A DNA stretch of 53,454 nucleotides from Christensenella sp. (GTDB taxonomy: Bacteria; Bacillota; Clostridia; Christensenellales; Christensenellaceae), in assembly GCA_036648415.1 (NCBI GenBank), contig JAVXIJ010000002.1:1-53454 (forward strand), written 5' to 3'. Numbering within the stretch: position 1 is the stretch's first letter; each line of letters starts with the position of its first letter. Under the pieces are notes generated by a model, which did no database searches, had not been told where the DNA came from, and worked only from the letters and a program-made list of their open reading frames with translations. Shown piece after piece: positions 1 to 10,426 of the stretch. Made by a program: the position numbers and the translations under genes.

Positions 1-1586
1 AAGCAATTACAGATAATTCTGATTTATCGGCGGAAATAAAAGAATTGATAGCGGCCGTGATTGCCAATGATTTATATCCGAATTTAGTATTTGATGAACA
101 GGCGACACAAGCAAAACGTGATGAAGTTGTGATGATGGTAACGCCGGTTGAGTATAAGGAAGGGCAAAATATTGTTTTAAAGGGCGAGATTGTCACGCAG
201 GATCAATATGATGTGCTCAAGACTTTAGGACTGCTTGCCGCAGAATCCACCTCTGCTAAGCCATATTTAGCGGTGGCGATATATATTGTACTGATGTTTA
301 TAATGTACGGTGTATTTTTAGCGGTATTTAATCGCAAGCTTTTGATGGACACTAAAAAAATAGCAATTCTGTCGATTTTGACGGCAACGGCTTATATAGT
401 TACTATATTTACGCAGATACTTGCTATTCATTTACTTCCGGTATTTCTTTTTGTAATTTTAGGTGCGGTGCTTTTGTCGCCTAAAAATGCCATTGTATAC
501 AGTATGTTTTTGTCATTGCTGCTGATGAGCGTGACTACAGGCGGTCAAAGCTTGTTTAGTACAACATCGCTTATGCTGCTGCTTATAATGCTGACAGGCG
601 GATTTTTTGCAGTGTATATTCTAAAGGATATGCGCTATCGTTCACGCCTTGTGCTTGCGGGGCTTGTTGCGGCAGTGCCGGGGGTTATCATTGCATTGCT
701 TGTTTGGATGATGCAGGTATCAATACTTAATAATCAGCCGACTAATCTTCAGCAGATGCTTTCAAGCATGGCGATGATTGCAGGAAGCGGTGTATTGTGC
801 GGCATAGTAAGTATCGGGGTGTTGCCGCTTATTGAAAATGCTTTTAAACTCACGACTCCTACAAAGCTGTTGGAGCTTTCCGATCCGACTCATCCTCTTA
901 CTAAACGGTTGATGCTTGAGGCACCGGGAACGTATCATCACAGTATACTTGTGGCAAACTTAGCGGAAGCAGGCTGTAATGCGGTGGGCGGTTTTTCGCT
1001 GCTTGCGCGTGTGGGGGCATATTTTCATGATGTGGGCAAGGTGGAAAATCCGGCATATTTCAAAGAAAATCAACATAACAATGTAAATATGCACGATACA
1101 CTTACCTCAGACCAAAGCGCGGAAATAATTCGCAGACATGTACCCGCAGGTGTGGAATTACTGCATAAATATAAAATGCCAAAAGAGATTGTTGATATAG
1201 TAAGAAATCATCACGGCAGCGGAACAGTGGGATACTTTTATGCAGAGGCACTAAAAAAAGACCCCAATACTAACATTGATGATTTTACATACGCGGGGGA
1301 TCCCCCGGAAACGCGGGAACAAGCTATTGTTATGCTTGCGGATATAGTTGAGGCAGCGGTACGCAGCCTTGATAATCCATCGCGTGAGGATATATCAAAA
1401 ATGCTGCATAAACTGATAAAGGCGCGCTATGATGAAGGACAGCTTGATAATGCACCGCTTAACAGGCGGGATTTGCGGCTTATAGCAGAAGCGTTTATAA
1501 ATATTTTTGATGGCGTATACCATCAACGGGTGAAATATCCTGAAATAAAAATTCATGGTGTAGATGATGACGATAACGTTCTCTGA
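1..1586 (+). CDS. 7TM-HD (HDIG) phosphohydrolase, PgpH/YqfF-like cyclic-di-AMP phosphodiesterase family; 5' end lies outside the window
   Basis: Frame is open to the left edge. Multiple TM helices are followed by EAPGTYHHS...YFHDVGK...HHG...MLAD. Sits directly upstream of ybeY, the usual Firmicute position. Confidence 0.88.
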   Translation, partial: AITDNSDLSAEIKELIAAVIANDLYPNLVFDEQATQAKRDEVVMMVTPVEYKEGQNIVLKGEIVTQDQYDVLKTLGLLAAESTSAKPYLAVAIYIVLMFIMYGVFLAVFNRKLLMDTKKIAILSILTATAYIVTIFTQILAIHLLPVFLFVILGAVLLSPKNAIVYSMFLSLLLMSVTTGGQSLFSTTSLMLLLIMLTGGFFAVYILKDMRYRSRLVLAGLVAAVPGVIIALLVWMMQVSILNNQPTNLQQMLSSMAMIAGSGVLCGIVSIGVLPLIENAFKLTTPTKLLELSDPTHPLTKRLMLEAPGTYHHSILVANLAEAGCNAVGGFSLLARVGAYFHDVGKVENPAYFKENQHNNVNMHDTLTSDQSAEIIRRHVPAGVELLHKYKMPKEIVDIVRNHHGSGTVGYFYAEALKKDPNTNIDDFTYAGDPPETREQAIVMLADIVEAAVRSLDNPSREDISKMLHKLIKARYDEGQLDNAPLNRRDLRLIAEAFINIFDGVYHQRVKYPEIKIHGVDDDDNVL

Positions 1587-2055
1587 TGAACAAAATAAAA
1601 TTAAAACAGACGAAAAAATATTGACAGCAGTTAAGTCGGCACTGGATGCCGCCGAGAGTGACTTGGGTGTTTCGTGTTGCCTTAGCTTGATGTTTACCGA
1701 TAATGAGGGGATGAGAGAGCTGAATCGCGAGTTCCGCGGAATTGATAAAGAAACAGATGTGCTTTCCTTTCCCACATACGAGCTTGATATGCCGCTTGCA
1801 GGATGCATAGGTACTGTTGATGCTGAATATATTGACGGAGATTTGTTTTTGGGTGATATTGCAATTTCTATGGAGCGCGCTAAAGAACAGGCAGAAGAGT
1901 ATGGACACAGCCTTGTGCGTGAAGTTGCGTTTTTAGCACTGCATGGAACGTTGCATTTAATGGGCTATGATCACATGATTAAAGAAGAAGAAGAACAAAT
2001 GACGATAAAGCAGGAAACTCTGTTGCATTCCGTTGCGATTGATAGGGAATATTGA
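1564..2055 (+). CDS. ybeY: rRNA maturation endoribonuclease YbeY
   Basis: LNREFRG.DK.TDVLSFP, LGDIAIS and the HGTLHLMGYDH zinc motif; start could be 1564 or 1567. Confidence 0.96.
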   Translation: MMTITFSDEQNKIKTDEKILTAVKSALDAAESDLGVSCCLSLMFTDNEGMRELNREFRGIDKETDVLSFPTYELDMPLAGCIGTVDAEYIDGDLFLGDIAISMERAKEQAEEYGHSLVREVAFLALHGTLHLMGYDHMIKEEEEQMTIKQETLLHSVAIDREY

Positions 2056-2804
2056 TGGAAAATAATAAAAGCGAAAAAAAATACAGACCTAAAAAATCTT
2101 TAATCAATAGTTTTAATCACGCGATAAATGGATTTTTGCAGTCTTTTAAAATGGAACGCAATATGAAAATCCATGTTGCGCTTGCGGTGGTCGTGACGGT
2201 AACGGCAATATTGACGCAGGTTACGCGTTTTGAAATGATTGCGCTTGTGTTGGTAATTGCATTTGTCTTTTTTGCGGAGCTTTTTAACACTGCAATTGAG
2301 GCGACGGTGGATATTGCATCAAACGGACAGTATAATGAGCTTGCGCGGCTTGCCAAGGATGTTGCGGCGGGCGCGGTGTTTGTGGCGGCGGCGTGTGCGC
2401 TCGCCGTAGGGTATTTGGTATTTTTCCGCAAATTATATACAATTTCGTATGCTTCTATAAACGCAATCAATAATTTGCCGGCGTATATAACTTTCGCGGC
2501 GTTGCTGTTGGTGTTCGTAGCGGTAATTGTTATGAAGTCGCGGTTTATGAAAAAAGGCGGTAACTATGTGCAGGGCGGAATGCCGAGCGGGCATACGGCA
2601 TTTGCATTTGCGCTGTTTACGGCAATTGCCTTTGTATCGGGAGATCCTGTGGCATCAACCTTTGCCGCAGTGTTGGCGCTTATAGTTGCGGAAAGCAGAA
2701 TGGAAACCAAGGTGCATACCTTTGCCGAAGTGTTGGTGGGGGCGCTTATGGGTATTGTGCTTACGGTATTGGTGTTTGAAGTCGGAGAAATGATAATTCG
2801 ATGA
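2055..2804 (+). CDS. dgkA: Diacylglycerol/undecaprenol kinase fused to a C-terminal PAP2-like phosphatase domain
   Basis: ERNMKIH, ELFNTAIE and AKDVAAGAV kinase motifs; C-terminal GMPSGH...SR...HT PAP2 motifs; ATG overlaps the ybeY stop (TGATG). Confidence 0.9.
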   Translation: MENNKSEKKYRPKKSLINSFNHAINGFLQSFKMERNMKIHVALAVVVTVTAILTQVTRFEMIALVLVIAFVFFAELFNTAIEATVDIASNGQYNELARLAKDVAAGAVFVAAACALAVGYLVFFRKLYTISYASINAINNLPAYITFAALLLVFVAVIVMKSRFMKKGGNYVQGGMPSGHTAFAFALFTAIAFVSGDPVASTFAAVLALIVAESRMETKVHTFAEVLVGALMGIVLTVLVFEVGEMIIR

Positions 2805-2824
2805 ATGGAAATAGGAGAGTATAA

Positions 2825-3712
2825 ATGGAATTCAAGTCGGGATTTATTGCACTTGTAGGCAGCCCAAATGTAGGCAAGTCTACACTGTTAAATGCACTGA
2901 TCGGAACAAAAATTGCAATCGTATCAAAAAAGCCGCAAACCACACGTAATCGCATTACGGGTGTGCTTACGCGTGAAGATTACCAGATGATTTTTGTGGA
3001 CACACCGGGATTGCAGACACCTAAGAATAAATTGGGTGAGTTTATGCTTAAAACAGCAGAACAAACAGCACGTGATGTGGATGCTGTCTTGTTTATTGCG
3101 GATGCTAAGGTGGGGGTGCGTGAAAAGGATACGGAAATACTTGAGCGTCTTTGTAAAGGCACAGTACCATTGGTGTTTGCGCTTAATAAAATTGATGCGG
3201 TGGATGCAGAGCGCATAGATGAACAGGAAACAATTTTAAAGCAGTACGGCAAAGATGTGTTTCGTATTTCTGCAACAGAAAAGATAGGATTATCAGAGCT
3301 CGTGGAACATTTAAAGCAATATATGAGCGAAGGGCCTATGTATTATCCCGCGGATATGGTTTCAGATCAACCGGAGAGCGTCATTGCGGCGGAGCTTATT
3401 CGTGAAAAGGCGCTAAAAAGTATCGGTAAAGAAATTCCGCACGGGATTGGTGTGGCGGTGGAAAAATTAGAGCGTGAAACAGAGCGTGAGCTCATCAATA
3501 TCGAAGCAACTATTTATTGTGAAAAGGATTCTCATAAAGGGATTATAATAGGCGCAGGAGGCAGAATGCTCAAAAAAATAGCATCTGCGGCGCGTGAGGA
3601 TATGGAGCAATTGCTTGACAGCAAGGTTTATTTGCAGGTGTGGGTTAAGGTTAAGCCGGATTGGCGCAATAAAATTTCCGTTATGCAAACTTTGGGGTAT
3701 AGGGATAATTAA
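2825..3712 (+). CDS. era: GTPase Era
   Basis: GSPNVGKSTL, PQTTR, DTPG, NKID, and a C-terminal KH domain (KGIIIG..G). Confidence 0.97.
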   Translation: MEFKSGFIALVGSPNVGKSTLLNALIGTKIAIVSKKPQTTRNRITGVLTREDYQMIFVDTPGLQTPKNKLGEFMLKTAEQTARDVDAVLFIADAKVGVREKDTEILERLCKGTVPLVFALNKIDAVDAERIDEQETILKQYGKDVFRISATEKIGLSELVEHLKQYMSEGPMYYPADMVSDQPESVIAAELIREKALKSIGKEIPHGIGVAVEKLERETERELINIEATIYCEKDSHKGIIIGAGGRMLKKIASAAREDMEQLLDSKVYLQVWVKVKPDWRNKISVMQTLGYRDN

Positions 3713-3736
3713 GGTCTGTATTTTATTTGAGAATAT

Positions 3737-4477
3737 TTGAGGGAAACTGTGGAAAAGCATTATTGTATTGTACTGCGTACAACCGATTATAAAGATAACG
3801 ACAGGATATTAACGCTGTTTTCGCGCACCGACGGCAGAATTGACGCACAGGCGCGCGGCGTGCGTAAAATAAAAAGTGAAAACACAACCGCGTCACAGCC
3901 CATGTCTTGCGGTGAGTATGAGTTTTATAAAAAAGGCGACAGGCTGTTTTTAACACACGCTCTTATAAAACAAGAATTTTATAATGTTCAAAATGATTAC
4001 GATAAGTATGCTGCGGCATGTGTTATGCTTGAATTAACTGATAAAATATTGCAAAATACAGACGAGTATGAAGACCTTTTCTTAGCGCTTATACACGCGC
4101 TTTTTGCTATGGAGCAAGATACTCTTTGCCGTGCCCATGCACTTGCGTATTTTTTTGCGCGCGTTGTCGGAAGGATGGGCATTTTTCCGTCAATCGGTGA
4201 ATGTGCAGTTTGCGGCAGCGAAACCTCGGGCGCGACAGCTTTGTTTTCTATGGAAGAGGGCGGGGAAATATGCACGCAGTGCGCGCCGCATATCAAGACG
4301 GTGAACATCCCGCGCAGCGCGCTTATAACGCTTGCAGGATTAGCAGCAACGCGCCCACAGGATATAGTAAAAACAGGCAGGGAAAATACGGATGACATGA
4401 GTATTGTTTCGTTGATGGCGGAGTATTTGGAAAACATGATGGAATTGCATCTAAAAACAATGAAATGCTTTCGCTGA
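3737..4477 (+). CDS. recO: DNA repair protein RecO
   Basis: IVLR..DYKDNDRILTLFS...ARGVRK..S N-terminus, a CAVC...CTQC zinc finger, and position after era; TTG start is uncertain. Confidence 0.92.
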   Translation: MRETVEKHYCIVLRTTDYKDNDRILTLFSRTDGRIDAQARGVRKIKSENTTASQPMSCGEYEFYKKGDRLFLTHALIKQEFYNVQNDYDKYAAACVMLELTDKILQNTDEYEDLFLALIHALFAMEQDTLCRAHALAYFFARVVGRMGIFPSIGECAVCGSETSGATALFSMEEGGEICTQCAPHIKTVNIPRSALITLAGLAATRPQDIVKTGRENTDDMSIVSLMAEYLENMMELHLKTMKCFR

Positions 4478-4503
4478 ATCTTTCTAAAAAATGTAAACTT
4501 TGG

Positions 4504-4532
4504 TTGTTTTATTACATTTTTTCATGTATAAT
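4504..4532 (+). promoter_or_regulatory. Putative sigmaA promoter of ppdK
   Basis: TTGTTT-17 bp-TATAAT; AGGAGG RBS downstream. Confidence 0.5.
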
Positions 4533-4613
4533 ATATTCGTTATGTGTATACATTAAATAATGAGTACAAATGAAGAATTTTAAATAAATATAATTTCAGG
4601 AGGAGTTTTTAGA

Positions 4614-7241
4614 ATGTCAAACAAGTATGTATATCTTTTTAAAGAAGGCGACGCATCCATGAGAAATCTTTTGGGTGGCAAAGGCGCTAACTTGGCAGAA
4701 ATGACCAATTTAGGTTTGCCGGTTCCTCAAGGGTTTATTGTTTCTACGGAAGCATGCACAAAGTACTATGAAGACGGTCAGATTATTGCTGATGAAGTTG
4801 TAAATCAGATTTATGATGCAATGGCAACAACTGAGAAAATCACAGGCAAAAAATTCGGCGATCAGGAAAATCCTTTTCTCGTGTCTGTTCGTTCGGGCGC
4901 AAGAGCTTCAATGCCGGGGATGATGGACACAATTCTGAATCTCGGACTTAATGATGTTGCTGTAGAGGGCGTTGCAAAAAAAGCGGGTAACGCGCGTTTT
5001 GCATACGATAGCTACAGAAGATTTATTCAAATGTTCTCTGATGTTGTTATGTGTATTGATAAAGAAAAGTTTGAACATGAACTGCAAGCTATGAAAGAAG
5101 CAAAAGGTGTAAAGCTTGATACAGAGCTTACAGCAGATGATTTGAAAGAGCTTGTTAAAAAGTACAAAGCAATTTATAAGCAGGAAATGGGTAAAGATTT
5201 CCCGCAGGATGCAAAGGAACAGCTTTTGGAATCCGTTACAGCGGTTTTCCGTTCGTGGGATAATCCGCGTGCTAACGTATATCGCCGCATGAATGATATT
5301 CCGTCAAGTTGGGGTACTGCGGTTAATGTACAGGCAATGGTATTTGGTAACATGGGTGATGATTGCGGCACAGGTGTTGCATTCACAAGAAACCCATCTA
5401 CAGGCGAAAAGAAATTGTACGGCGAATATTTGATGAATGCACAAGGTGAAGACGTTGTTGCGGGAATAAGAACGCCCCAGCCGATTTCACATCTGAAGGA
5501 TCAGATGCCTGAGGTATATACACAATTCGCAAACATTGCGCAGTCCTTGGAAGATCATTACAAGGATATGCAGGATATGGAATTTACAATCGAGGGCGGC
5601 AAGCTTTATATGCTGCAAACAAGAAACGGCAAAAGAACGGCTATGGCTGCTCTTAAGGTTGCCGTTGATCTCGTAGCGGAAGGCAAATTGACAAAGGAAG
5701 AAGCAATCTTGAAAGTTGAGCCTAAACAGCTTGATTCGCTCTTGCATCCTATGTTTAACGGCGCTGCTTTAAAATCAGCGAAACCTATTGCAAAAGGTCT
5801 TCCGGCTTCTCCGGGTGCTGCGGCCGGCATGCTGTATTTCACGGCGGAAGCTGCAACCAAAGCTGCTGCTGACGGCAGCAAGATTATTCTTGCAAGACAG
5901 GAAACTTCTCCTGAAGATATCGAAGGGATGTATGCGTCTGAGGGTATCCTCACAGCAAGAGGCGGCATGACATCTCATGCGGCTGTTGTTGCGCGTGGCA
6001 TGGGCACTTGCTGTGTAGCGGGTTGCGGCGAGCTGCGCATCAATGAAAAAGCACAGACAATGACAACAGCGGACGGCACTGTATATAAACAGGGCGATTG
6101 GGTTTCGCTTGATGGCTCTACAGGTAATGTTTACGGTGAAGCTATTGAAACAGAAGAAGCGGAAGTTTCGGGTGACTTTGCAACCGTAATGGGTTGGGCA
6201 GATGCTATCAGAACCCTAAAGGTCAGAACGAATGCTGATACACCGCACGATGCAGAACAGGCAATAGAGTTTGGCGCAGAAGGTATTGGTTTGTGCCGTA
6301 CAGAGCATATGTTCTTTGCAGAAGACAGAATTGCGGCTATGCGTGAAATGATTGTTTCTAAATCGGTAGAGCAAAGAGAAAAGGCACTTTTGAAATTACT
6401 GCCAATGCAAAAAGAAGACTTCAAGGGTATCTATAAAGCAATGAAGGGTCATCCGGTTACAATTCGTTTCCTTGATCCGCCACTGCATGAGTTCCTACCT
6501 ACAGCTCCTTCGGATATTGCCGCGCTTGCAAAAGAAATGAATATGAGCGTGGAGGATCTTCAGGGCGTGATTGACAGCCTGCATGAATTTAACCCAATGC
6601 TTGGGCATCGTGGCTGCCGTTTGGCGGTTACATTCCCGGAAATTGCTGTTATGCAGACAAGAGCAGTGATGGAAGCGGCAATCGAAACAATTGCGGAAAC
6701 AGGCTATGATATTGTTCCCGAAATCATGATTCCGCTTGTAGGCGATGCCAAAGAGCTGAAGTATGTCAAGGATTTCGTTGTGGAAACAGCGGAAAAAGTA
6801 ATGGCAGAAAAAGGCAAGAAAATCGAATATAAAGTCGGCACAATGATTGAAGTTCCAAGAGCGGCGGTCGTTGCTGATGAAATCGCAAAAGAAGCTGAAT
6901 TCTTCTCATTCGGTACAAACGATCTTACGCAGATGACATTTGGCTTTAGCCGTGATGATGCCGGTAAGTTCCTTGATGACTATTATGCGAAGAAGATATA
7001 TGAATCCGATCCGTTTGCAAAATTGGATCAGGACGGCGTAGGCAAACTTGTGAAGATGGCGGTTGAGCTCGGAAGAAAAACAAGACCAAACATCAAGCTT
7101 GGAATCTGCGGAGAGCATGGCGGAGATCCGTCAACCGTTGAATTCTGTGCAAGTCTTGGGCTTGACTATGTGTCGTGTTCACCGTTCCGTGTTCCGATTG
7201 CAAGACTTGCGGCGGCACACGCAGTTGTTAAAAACAAATAA
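4614..7241 (+). CDS. ppdK: Pyruvate, phosphate dikinase
   Basis: LLGGKGANL, SVRSGA, the GGMTSHAAVVAR phospho-His motif, FSFGTNDLTQ, GICGEHGG. Confidence 0.98.
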   Translation: MSNKYVYLFKEGDASMRNLLGGKGANLAEMTNLGLPVPQGFIVSTEACTKYYEDGQIIADEVVNQIYDAMATTEKITGKKFGDQENPFLVSVRSGARASMPGMMDTILNLGLNDVAVEGVAKKAGNARFAYDSYRRFIQMFSDVVMCIDKEKFEHELQAMKEAKGVKLDTELTADDLKELVKKYKAIYKQEMGKDFPQDAKEQLLESVTAVFRSWDNPRANVYRRMNDIPSSWGTAVNVQAMVFGNMGDDCGTGVAFTRNPSTGEKKLYGEYLMNAQGEDVVAGIRTPQPISHLKDQMPEVYTQFANIAQSLEDHYKDMQDMEFTIEGGKLYMLQTRNGKRTAMAALKVAVDLVAEGKLTKEEAILKVEPKQLDSLLHPMFNGAALKSAKPIAKGLPASPGAAAGMLYFTAEAATKAAADGSKIILARQETSPEDIEGMYASEGILTARGGMTSHAAVVARGMGTCCVAGCGELRINEKAQTMTTADGTVYKQGDWVSLDGSTGNVYGEAIETEEAEVSGDFATVMGWADAIRTLKVRTNADTPHDAEQAIEFGAEGIGLCRTEHMFFAEDRIAAMREMIVSKSVEQREKALLKLLPMQKEDFKGIYKAMKGHPVTIRFLDPPLHEFLPTAPSDIAALAKEMNMSVEDLQGVIDSLHEFNPMLGHRGCRLAVTFPEIAVMQTRAVMEAAIETIAETGYDIVPEIMIPLVGDAKELKYVKDFVVETAEKVMAEKGKKIEYKVGTMIEVPRAAVVADEIAKEAEFFSFGTNDLTQMTFGFSRDDAGKFLDDYYAKKIYESDPFAKLDQDGVGKLVKMAVELGRKTRPNIKLGICGEHGGDPSTVEFCASLGLDYVSCSPFRVPIARLAAAHAVVKNK

Positions 7242-7300
7242 GTATATGTTGTGACATATTGTAAAATTATCATTAACGATTATACTTAAAAAGTGATTAG

Positions 7301-7336
7301 GAAACGCATTTCAGATAAATGAAGTGCGTTTCTTTT
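7301..7336 (+). terminator. Rho-independent terminator after ppdK
   Basis: GAAACGCATTTCA...TGAAGTGCGTTTC followed by TTTT. Confidence 0.8.
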
Positions 7337-7418
7337 ATCGTGATGTTATGTTGTGAGGCTTTCGTAAAATGATGAGTATGTGTGAGGGATACTTCTTTGG
7401 TTTTGTTCGCGCAAAGAT

Positions 7419-7447
7419 TTGAAAAGAATGAGGATATAATGTATAAT
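7419..7447 (+). promoter_or_regulatory. Putative sigmaA promoter of lon-engB
   Basis: TTGAAA-17 bp-TATAAT; AAAGGAG RBS ahead of the TTG start. Confidence 0.6.
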
Positions 7448-7484
7448 TTAAACTACAAATGAAAGTAAAGGAGCAAAACAATAA

Positions 7485-9812
7485 TTGGATAATAAAATTA
7501 TGCCCATGGTGGCTTTAAGGGGACTCGTTATTTTCCCTTATATGGTATTGCATTTTGATGTAGGACGCGAGATGTCTGTTGCGGCTGTGGAAGAATGTGT
7601 GCTGCAAGGACAGGAGATTTTTCTTGCAACGCAAAAGGATTTAAAAGTTGAAACACCGGAATTAGAGGATATTCATGAAATAGGTACTATCGCAAAAGTG
7701 AAACAAGTGCTGAAACTTCCGGGAGATACGCTGCGTGTGCTTGTTGAGGGTGAACGCCGCGCTCGTGTGGTGGCATATGCCGCGCGTGAGCCATATTTAC
7801 AGGCGGAAGTTGAAGTTATTCCGGATGAAAAGCATGATAATCAGGAAAAAGAAGTCGTTAAAGAGGCGTATATGCGTCGCGTAACGGATTTATTTGAGCG
7901 GTTTGCGTCACTTGGAGCGCGCATTCCGGGGGAAACGCTTTTTATGGTGAGCGAGATTACAGAACCGGGAAAATTTGCGGATATGGTTGCGTCTAATGTG
8001 GCAATTAAGCCTGATGATAAGCAACGCGTACTTAATTGCGTGGATGAGCTTGAGCGTTTACAGCTTGTCATGGGAATACTGAAAAAAGAAATTGACATTT
8101 TAGAGATAGATAAAGAGATTGCTTCTTCTGTAAAGCAGCAGATTGATAAATCTCAGCGCGACTACTTTTTGCGCGAACAAATGAAGGTGATTCAAAAAGA
8201 ACTGGGCGAAACGGAAAACGATGAAGATGATGTAGATAAGTTGCGTAAAAAAATAGCGGAATTGCCGCTTTCACAGGAAGCACGCACAAAAGCAGAAAAA
8301 GAACTTACACGTATGGCGCGTATGGCGCCCGGCTCACCCGAGATTAGTGTGCTGCGCAGCTATATAGATTGGATAGTCGGATTGCCGTGGGGCAAGAAAA
8401 CGGCGGACAACATGGATCTTGTACACGCACGTAAAGTACTGGATAAAGATCATTATGGGCTTGATAAGGTAAAAGACCGTATCATAGAGTTTTTGGCTGT
8501 GCGTAAACTTAAAAATGATATGCACGGACCGATTTTGTGCCTTGCAGGGCCTCCCGGAGTAGGCAAAACGTCTATTGCGCATTCAATAGCGCGCGCTCTT
8601 GATAAAAAGTTTGTGCGTATGTCGCTTGGTGGGGTGCATGATGAAGCTGAAATCAGAGGGCATAGACGTACTTATATCGGAGCAATCCCGGGACGTATTG
8701 TTACATCTATTAAGCAGGCAGACAGCATGAATCCGTTATTTTTACTGGACGAGATAGATAAAATGTCTAATGATTTCAGGGGTGACCCGGCCTCCGCTAT
8801 GCTTGAGGTGTTGGATCCTGAAATAAACAATACTTTCAGGGACCACTACTTAGATATTGAATTTGATTTGTCAAAGGTTATGTTTATTACGACTGCTAAT
8901 GATATAAATACTATCCCGAGCCCGCTTTATGACAGAATGGAAATTATCAATATTGACAGCTATACTGATGTAGAAAAGTTTAATATTGCGAAGAAACATT
9001 TGATTGCAAAACAGGCAAAGGAGCATGGTTTAAAGCCATCATCTGTGCATATCAGTGACGCGGCGATTATGGATATGATTCATAACTATACGGCTGAAAG
9101 CGGTGTGAGAAGCTTAGAACGCGAAATTGCAGCGATTATGCGGAAGTCGGCGGCAAAAACTGTATCTGACGGTGCAACGAAGATTTCAGTTACACAGAAA
9201 AATTTAAAAGCTTTCTTAGGACCGGCGAAATGCAGCGAAACCAATGTGATGAAGCGTGATACAGTGGGAGTTGTAACGGGGTTGGCATGGACAACTGTCG
9301 GGGGGCAGACAATGCCCATAGAAGTGTCGGTTATACCGGGGACAGGGCAAATGGAGCTCACAGGGCAGCTCGGAGATGTAATGAAAGAATCTGCGAAAAC
9401 GGGCATTTCTGTTGTGCGTGCTATGTGCGACAAGCTGAAATTCCCTAAGGATATTAACGAAAAGACAGATTTACATATTCATGTGCCGGAAGGAGCAATT
9501 CCTAAGGATGGACCGTCGGCGGGTGTCACAATGGCAACTGCGCTTGTTTCTGCACTTACAAAGCGTGCAGTACGGCATGACGTTGCAATGACGGGTGAAA
9601 TCACGCTTACGGGTCGTGTGCTGAAAATCGGAGGACTTAAGGAAAAAGCTCTTGCCGCATTGCGTGCAGGCATCCATACGATAATTTTGCCGCGGGATAA
9701 TGAAAATGACCTTGAGGAACTGCCTGAATCAGTGAGAGAGCAGCTCACATTTGTTTTTGCTTCAACTATTGATGACGTACTAAAGTATGCGCTTGTAACG
9801 GAGAAAAAATAG
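7485..9812 (+). CDS. lon: ATP-dependent Lon protease (LonA)
   Basis: Lon N domain, GPPGVGKTS Walker A, LLDEIDK Walker B, PKDGPSAG catalytic Ser and GGLKEK catalytic Lys. Confidence 0.97.
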   Translation: MDNKIMPMVALRGLVIFPYMVLHFDVGREMSVAAVEECVLQGQEIFLATQKDLKVETPELEDIHEIGTIAKVKQVLKLPGDTLRVLVEGERRARVVAYAAREPYLQAEVEVIPDEKHDNQEKEVVKEAYMRRVTDLFERFASLGARIPGETLFMVSEITEPGKFADMVASNVAIKPDDKQRVLNCVDELERLQLVMGILKKEIDILEIDKEIASSVKQQIDKSQRDYFLREQMKVIQKELGETENDEDDVDKLRKKIAELPLSQEARTKAEKELTRMARMAPGSPEISVLRSYIDWIVGLPWGKKTADNMDLVHARKVLDKDHYGLDKVKDRIIEFLAVRKLKNDMHGPILCLAGPPGVGKTSIAHSIARALDKKFVRMSLGGVHDEAEIRGHRRTYIGAIPGRIVTSIKQADSMNPLFLLDEIDKMSNDFRGDPASAMLEVLDPEINNTFRDHYLDIEFDLSKVMFITTANDINTIPSPLYDRMEIINIDSYTDVEKFNIAKKHLIAKQAKEHGLKPSSVHISDAAIMDMIHNYTAESGVRSLEREIAAIMRKSAAKTVSDGATKISVTQKNLKAFLGPAKCSETNVMKRDTVGVVTGLAWTTVGGQTMPIEVSVIPGTGQMELTGQLGDVMKESAKTGISVVRAMCDKLKFPKDINEKTDLHIHVPEGAIPKDGPSAGVTMATALVSALTKRAVRHDVAMTGEITLTGRVLKIGGLKEKALAALRAGIHTIILPRDNENDLEELPESVREQLTFVFASTIDDVLKYALVTEKK

Positions 9813-10426
9813 TGGAAATTAAAAAAGTGAGTTTTTTCACAAGCATGAAAAAGCCTGTTGATTATCCAAATAACGGGTTGCCCGAGGTGGCGTTTGCAGG
9901 AAAGTCAAATGTGGGTAAATCATCCCTGATAAACTACCTTACGAATCACTCTAAGCTTGCATATGTGAGTAAACAGCCGGGCAAAACGCGGCTGATCAAT
10001 TACTTTTTAATCAATGATGCGTGCTATATTGTGGATCTTCCGGGATATGGATTTGCGCGTGTATCAAAAGATGAAAAGGAATCTTGGGCAGGAATGATGG
10101 AAGCATATTTCGGTGTGGCGCGATATTTGCGCGCGCTCGTGATATTGATAGACATTCGCCATAAGCCTACACAGGATGATTTGCAAATGCTTGAGTGGGC
10201 GGTGCATTTTAATATACCGTTTATGGTTGCAGCTACTAAAGCAGATAAAATCGCGAAATCCAAACGCTATAATTATACGGTGCAAATGGCAAAACACATT
10301 GAAGCTGAGCTTGATATGGATATGGAATTCATGATTGTTCCTGTGTCTGCAACAGGAAAACTCGGTAAAGATAAGGTTTTAGAGTACGTGGGAAAAATGA
10401 CCATGCCACAGGAGGCTGCGGAATGA
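9812..10426 (+). CDS. engB: Ribosome biogenesis GTPase YsxC/EngB
   Basis: GKSNVGKSSLIN, PGKT, DLPGYG, TKADK; follows lon. Confidence 0.95.
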   Translation: MEIKKVSFFTSMKKPVDYPNNGLPEVAFAGKSNVGKSSLINYLTNHSKLAYVSKQPGKTRLINYFLINDACYIVDLPGYGFARVSKDEKESWAGMMEAYFGVARYLRALVILIDIRHKPTQDDLQMLEWAVHFNIPFMVAATKADKIAKSKRYNYTVQMAKHIEAELDMDMEFMIVPVSATGKLGKDKVLEYVGKMTMPQEAAE

